A stretch of DNA of 64,000 nt. Origin: Chloroflexota bacterium. GTDB taxonomy: Bacteria; Chloroflexota; Anaerolineae; JAAYEA01. Made by a program: the position numbers and the translations under genes. Positions 61,796 to 64,000 of the stretch are shown here, one piece after another. A model generated the notes under the pieces. The model did not search any database, was not told the DNA's origin, and saw nothing but the letters and a program-made list of their open reading frames with translations. The DNA lies in assembly GCA_019873665.1 (NCBI GenBank), contig JAIOAV010000007.1, forward strand, positions 9,840-73,839, written 5' to 3'. Position 1 is the first letter of the stretch. Each line of letters begins with the position of its first letter.

Positions 61796-62641
61796 CTAGT
61801 CTGGGTAGAGCTTCTGTATCTCGTCCCCGCCAGTAAAGCACTCCTCAGCGGCTGGGTAGTCGCCGGAGCGCACATCCGCGGCGAATGCATCGAAACTGGT
61901 GATGATCTCTGGCGCAAGATGCGCGTACTGCCGGACGAACTTGGGCACGAACTTCTCGAACAGGCCCAGGATGTCGTATGCGTTGAGATTGTGGCCGTCC
62001 ACATGTGGGCCAGCGCCGCACCCGATGGTAACCGCGCCGACCGATGCGGTGATGGCTTTGGCCACACCGCGCGGGATGCACTCCAGCACCATCGCGAACA
62101 CGCCCGCCTCATCCAGCGCCTTGGCATCGGCGATCAGTTGCTCCGCCTCCGCTGGGGTCCGCCCCTGCATCTTGAAACCGCCCAGCGCCGCAGCGCTTTG
62201 TGGGGTTAGGCCGATGTGGCCCATTACCGGGATGCCCGCCTTGACGATCTTGGCGATGTAGGGGGCGAAGTAAGCGCCTCCTTCCATCTTGACGCAGTCC
62301 GCGCCCCCCTCTTTGATGATCCGTCCGGCGCTGGCCAGCGCCTGCTCCGGGCTGATCTGATAGCTCATGAACGGCATATCGCCGACGATGAGCGTGTTGG
62401 GCGCACCGCGCCGCACCGCACGGGTATGATAGATGATCTCATCCAGCGTGACGGGGTTCGTCAGCTCCAGCCCCTGGATCACCATCCCCAGCGAGTCACC
62501 GACGAGGATGATCTCGGCCGTGGAGCGATCCACCAGCCGCGCAAAAGGGTAATCATACACAGTGATCATGGTGTACTTTTTGCGGCCCTTGGTCTCGCGG
62601 AACGATGGGATGGTCGTCTTTTTTTTGGTGGCCTCAGGCAT
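61796..62641 (-). CDS. panB: 3-methyl-2-oxobutanoate hydroxymethyltransferase
   Basis: Start MPEATKKK after [48 protein letters not shown] and LECIP. Confidence 0.9.
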   Translation of the reverse strand: MPEATKKKTTIPSFRETKGRKKYTMITVYDYPFARLVDRSTAEIILVGDSLGMVIQGLELTNPVTLDEIIYHTRAVRRGAPNTLIVGDMPFMSYQISPEQALASAGRIIKEGGADCVKMEGGAYFAPYIAKIVKAGIPVMGHIGLTPQSAAALGGFKMQGRTPAEAEQLIADAKALDEAGVFAMVLECIPRGVAKAITASVGAVTIGCGAGPHVDGHNLNAYDILGLFEKFVPKFVRQYAHLAPEIITSFDAFAADVRSGDYPAAEECFTGGDEIQKLYPD

Positions 62642-62724
62642 ATGCACCTCCAGCGGCAATCTCTCCCACGCGGGTTTCGCATGTCACGGCTGTTCGCCGA
62701 CTCTCCGCAGCGGCGTGCGTGGCG

Positions 62725-63588
62725 CTACTCCAGGATGCTGATCGCGGCGCAATCCTCCAACGTAATCTGCGGCGAGTCGTTGTATAGCTCGATTGTGCCG
62801 GAGACCCACACTCTTTTCTGCAGGAAGAGCCTCTCCGGCGCGATTGGCCAGCAGCTCCACCGAGTGCGCTCGATAACGACCTCCAGGTGCCCCTGATAAG
62901 GATTGCGCGAGTTGAGATAGACACGCCGTCCTGAATTGTGCGTGCGCACGACGAGGAACTCAACGCAGACCCGCTTCCCGACATGCGCCCGCGCGTCATC
63001 CGGGCCGATGCACGCCGGGCTGCGCGTCGGCGTCGCCCCCACGCAGGCGCTCCACAGCCCGCGCGCGTTCCCTTGCGCCTCGCGTTCGAGTTCCGCCAGC
63101 AGGTCGGTGTAACGCACGTCCGGGGGATAGACTCGCGCCCGCGCATATCCCAGCCGCACAAGCTCACCGTTCACAAAGAGATCGTCCACATAGACGTAAC
63201 GCAGCAGCCGACCATAGTCGTCGGTCTCGCGGGTATCTTTCTCCAGCCGCACTGGCCTGCCCGCTACCAGCTCGGCGTTCTTGGCAGTAGCTTCGCGGGC
63301 ATAGCACTCGGCATTGGTGGGTTCGGGGGCGTTTATACCAATATAGCGCACATGTTCTCCCGTCGCCAGGACGATGGTGTCGCCATCAATCACCTCGGCA
63401 ACCAGATACTGGTCAGCCGGGAGCGTGGCGATGATCGGCGTGGGCGCAGCAGCTGTTGAGATAGGCTCGGCGGGAGGCGGCATGACCTTGCAGGATGTCA
63501 GCATCAGCACGCTCGTGATCACAAGAAAAACTGCCATGATCCGGTAGTGCCATCCGCTCTGAGCTTCCAAGGGCCCGCATCTCCTCAT
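62725..63588 (-). CDS. Staphylococcal-nuclease (SNase/thermonuclease)-like secreted lipoprotein with an extra C-terminal domain
   Basis: VIDGDTIVLATGEHVRYIGINAPE, DDYGRLLRYVY and NGELVRLGYA. Lipobox-like LTSC. Start placed at MRRCGPLE because the promoter at 63622-63650 lies inside the longer ORF; an alternative start is at 63537. Confidence 0.7.
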   Translation of the reverse strand: MRRCGPLEAQSGWHYRIMAVFLVITSVLMLTSCKVMPPPAEPISTAAAPTPIIATLPADQYLVAEVIDGDTIVLATGEHVRYIGINAPEPTNAECYAREATAKNAELVAGRPVRLEKDTRETDDYGRLLRYVYVDDLFVNGELVRLGYARARVYPPDVRYTDLLAELEREAQGNARGLWSACVGATPTRSPACIGPDDARAHVGKRVCVEFLVVRTHNSGRRVYLNSRNPYQGHLEVVIERTRWSCWPIAPERLFLQKRVWVSGTIELYNDSPQITLEDCAAISILE

Positions 63589-63621
63589 CTGACTTGCCCA
63601 CTCGCGAGCGAGCTTGTACTG

Positions 63622-63650
63622 ATTGTAAACTCCGCCCCCCGACATGTCAA
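63622..63650 (-). promoter_or_regulatory. Sigma-70-type promoter for the nuclease gene
   Basis: Minus strand reads TTGACA-N17-TACAAT. Confidence 0.5.
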
Positions 63651-63741
63651 ACGTCTCGCACTCCGGCTGGCGTGCCCGCCGGTTTTCGCATATCATGAGC
63701 GGCGAAGCAATCGGTTCTATCCAGGCTGTGGAGGGGGTGAC

Positions 63742-64000
63742 ATGAAAACTATGCACATCGGCAAGACGCCGTTGGTTGTCTCGCGCCTCGCGTTTGGCTG
63801 CATGCGGCTGAGCGACAACCGCCGCGAGGCGCTCGCGTCAATTCAGACCGCGCTGGAGGCGGGGATCACCTTTTTCGATCACGCGGATATCTACGGCAAC
63901 GGCAGCAAGGAGGATGTATTCTCTGCCATCTGGGAGGCCGTCCCTGGCCTGCGCGACAAGATCATCCTGCAATCCAAATGCGGCATCCGTCGCCGCGGCG
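63742..64000 (+). CDS. Aldo/keto reductase, 3' end cut by the window edge
   Basis: ATG after GGAGGGGG. MKTMHIGKTPLVVSRLAFGCMRL ... ITFFDHADIYGNGSKE is an AKR N-terminus. Absent from the ORF track because no stop lies in the window. Confidence 0.75.
   Translation, partial: MKTMHIGKTPLVVSRLAFGCMRLSDNRREALASIQTALEAGITFFDHADIYGNGSKEDVFSAIWEAVPGLRDKIILQSKCGIRRRG

Noticed and set aside
62725-63756. Full 343-aa version of the nuclease ORF
   Set aside because: Its first 56 codons overlap a minus-strand consensus promoter (63622-63650) and the RBS and start of the divergent AKR gene (63742). A shorter form was adopted.
1-64000. Defence islands, prophage, IS elements, integrons, tRNA or rRNA genes
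   Set aside because: I recognised no integrase, transposase or recombinase; no restriction-modification, toxin-antitoxin, Cas, reverse-transcriptase, STAND/AAA+ defence or phage structural motifs; and no tRNA-like T-arm or rRNA sequence. The only nuclease is a housekeeping-type SNase lipoprotein.

Overview
Gene-dense, high-GC chromosomal segment (GC not computed) with strong GGAGG-type ribosome-binding sites and about a dozen near-consensus TTGACA-N16-18-TAnnnT promoters. Lipoprotein solute-binding proteins with long low-complexity linkers and a 'gtcatggcgagg...gaagcaatc' interspersed repeat suggest a Chloroflexota-like organism, at low confidence. Left to right: the tail of a pst operon with tandem pstB; an aldo/keto reductase; a PPC/DUF296 protein; then a minus-strand block holding a 2,773-aa secreted subtilase (Kelch, DUF11-type and three NIDO-like modules), a TIM-barrel/Gfo-Idh-MocA/TIM-barrel triad and a dockerin-like secreted protein. 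Next come an NCS2 nucleobase permease behind a long attenuator-like leader, and a family-5 (Opp/Dpp-type) ABC importer, also with an attenuator-like leader, followed by an HpcH aldolase and an AKR. A minus-strand operon then encodes a SAM methyltransferase, a GH3-family adenylating enzyme and a 7TM-GAF-PAS-GAF hybrid histidine kinase. A large carbohydrate / 6-deoxy-sugar-acid region follows: GH29 fucosidase, isochorismatase::URO-D fusion, GH35-like hydrolase, RhmD-like dehydratase, and a 12.7-kb plus-strand operon with a second TIM/Gfo/TIM triad, 2-hydroxyacid dehydrogenase, URO-D-like protein, HpcH aldolase, AKR, frameshifted PfkB kinase, ThuA, class II aldolase, Ldh_2 and an aldehyde:ferredoxin oxidoreductase. 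The window ends with a Crp/Fnr-regulated ferredoxin-ferredoxin-methyltransferase-hcp operon, kduD-like SDR, ilvD, panB, a lipoprotein SNase-like nuclease and a partial AKR. I found no rRNA, tRNA, CRISPR array, transposase/integrase, phage genes or recognisable defence-system genes. The candidates for something new are metabolic, signalling and architectural: the GH3/methyltransferase/sensor-kinase operon, the URO-D-like proteins and the AOR in a sugar operon, the mosaic subtilase, and the repeat family. Start codons were refined by eye from RBS context, and all family calls are motif recognition without database searches.
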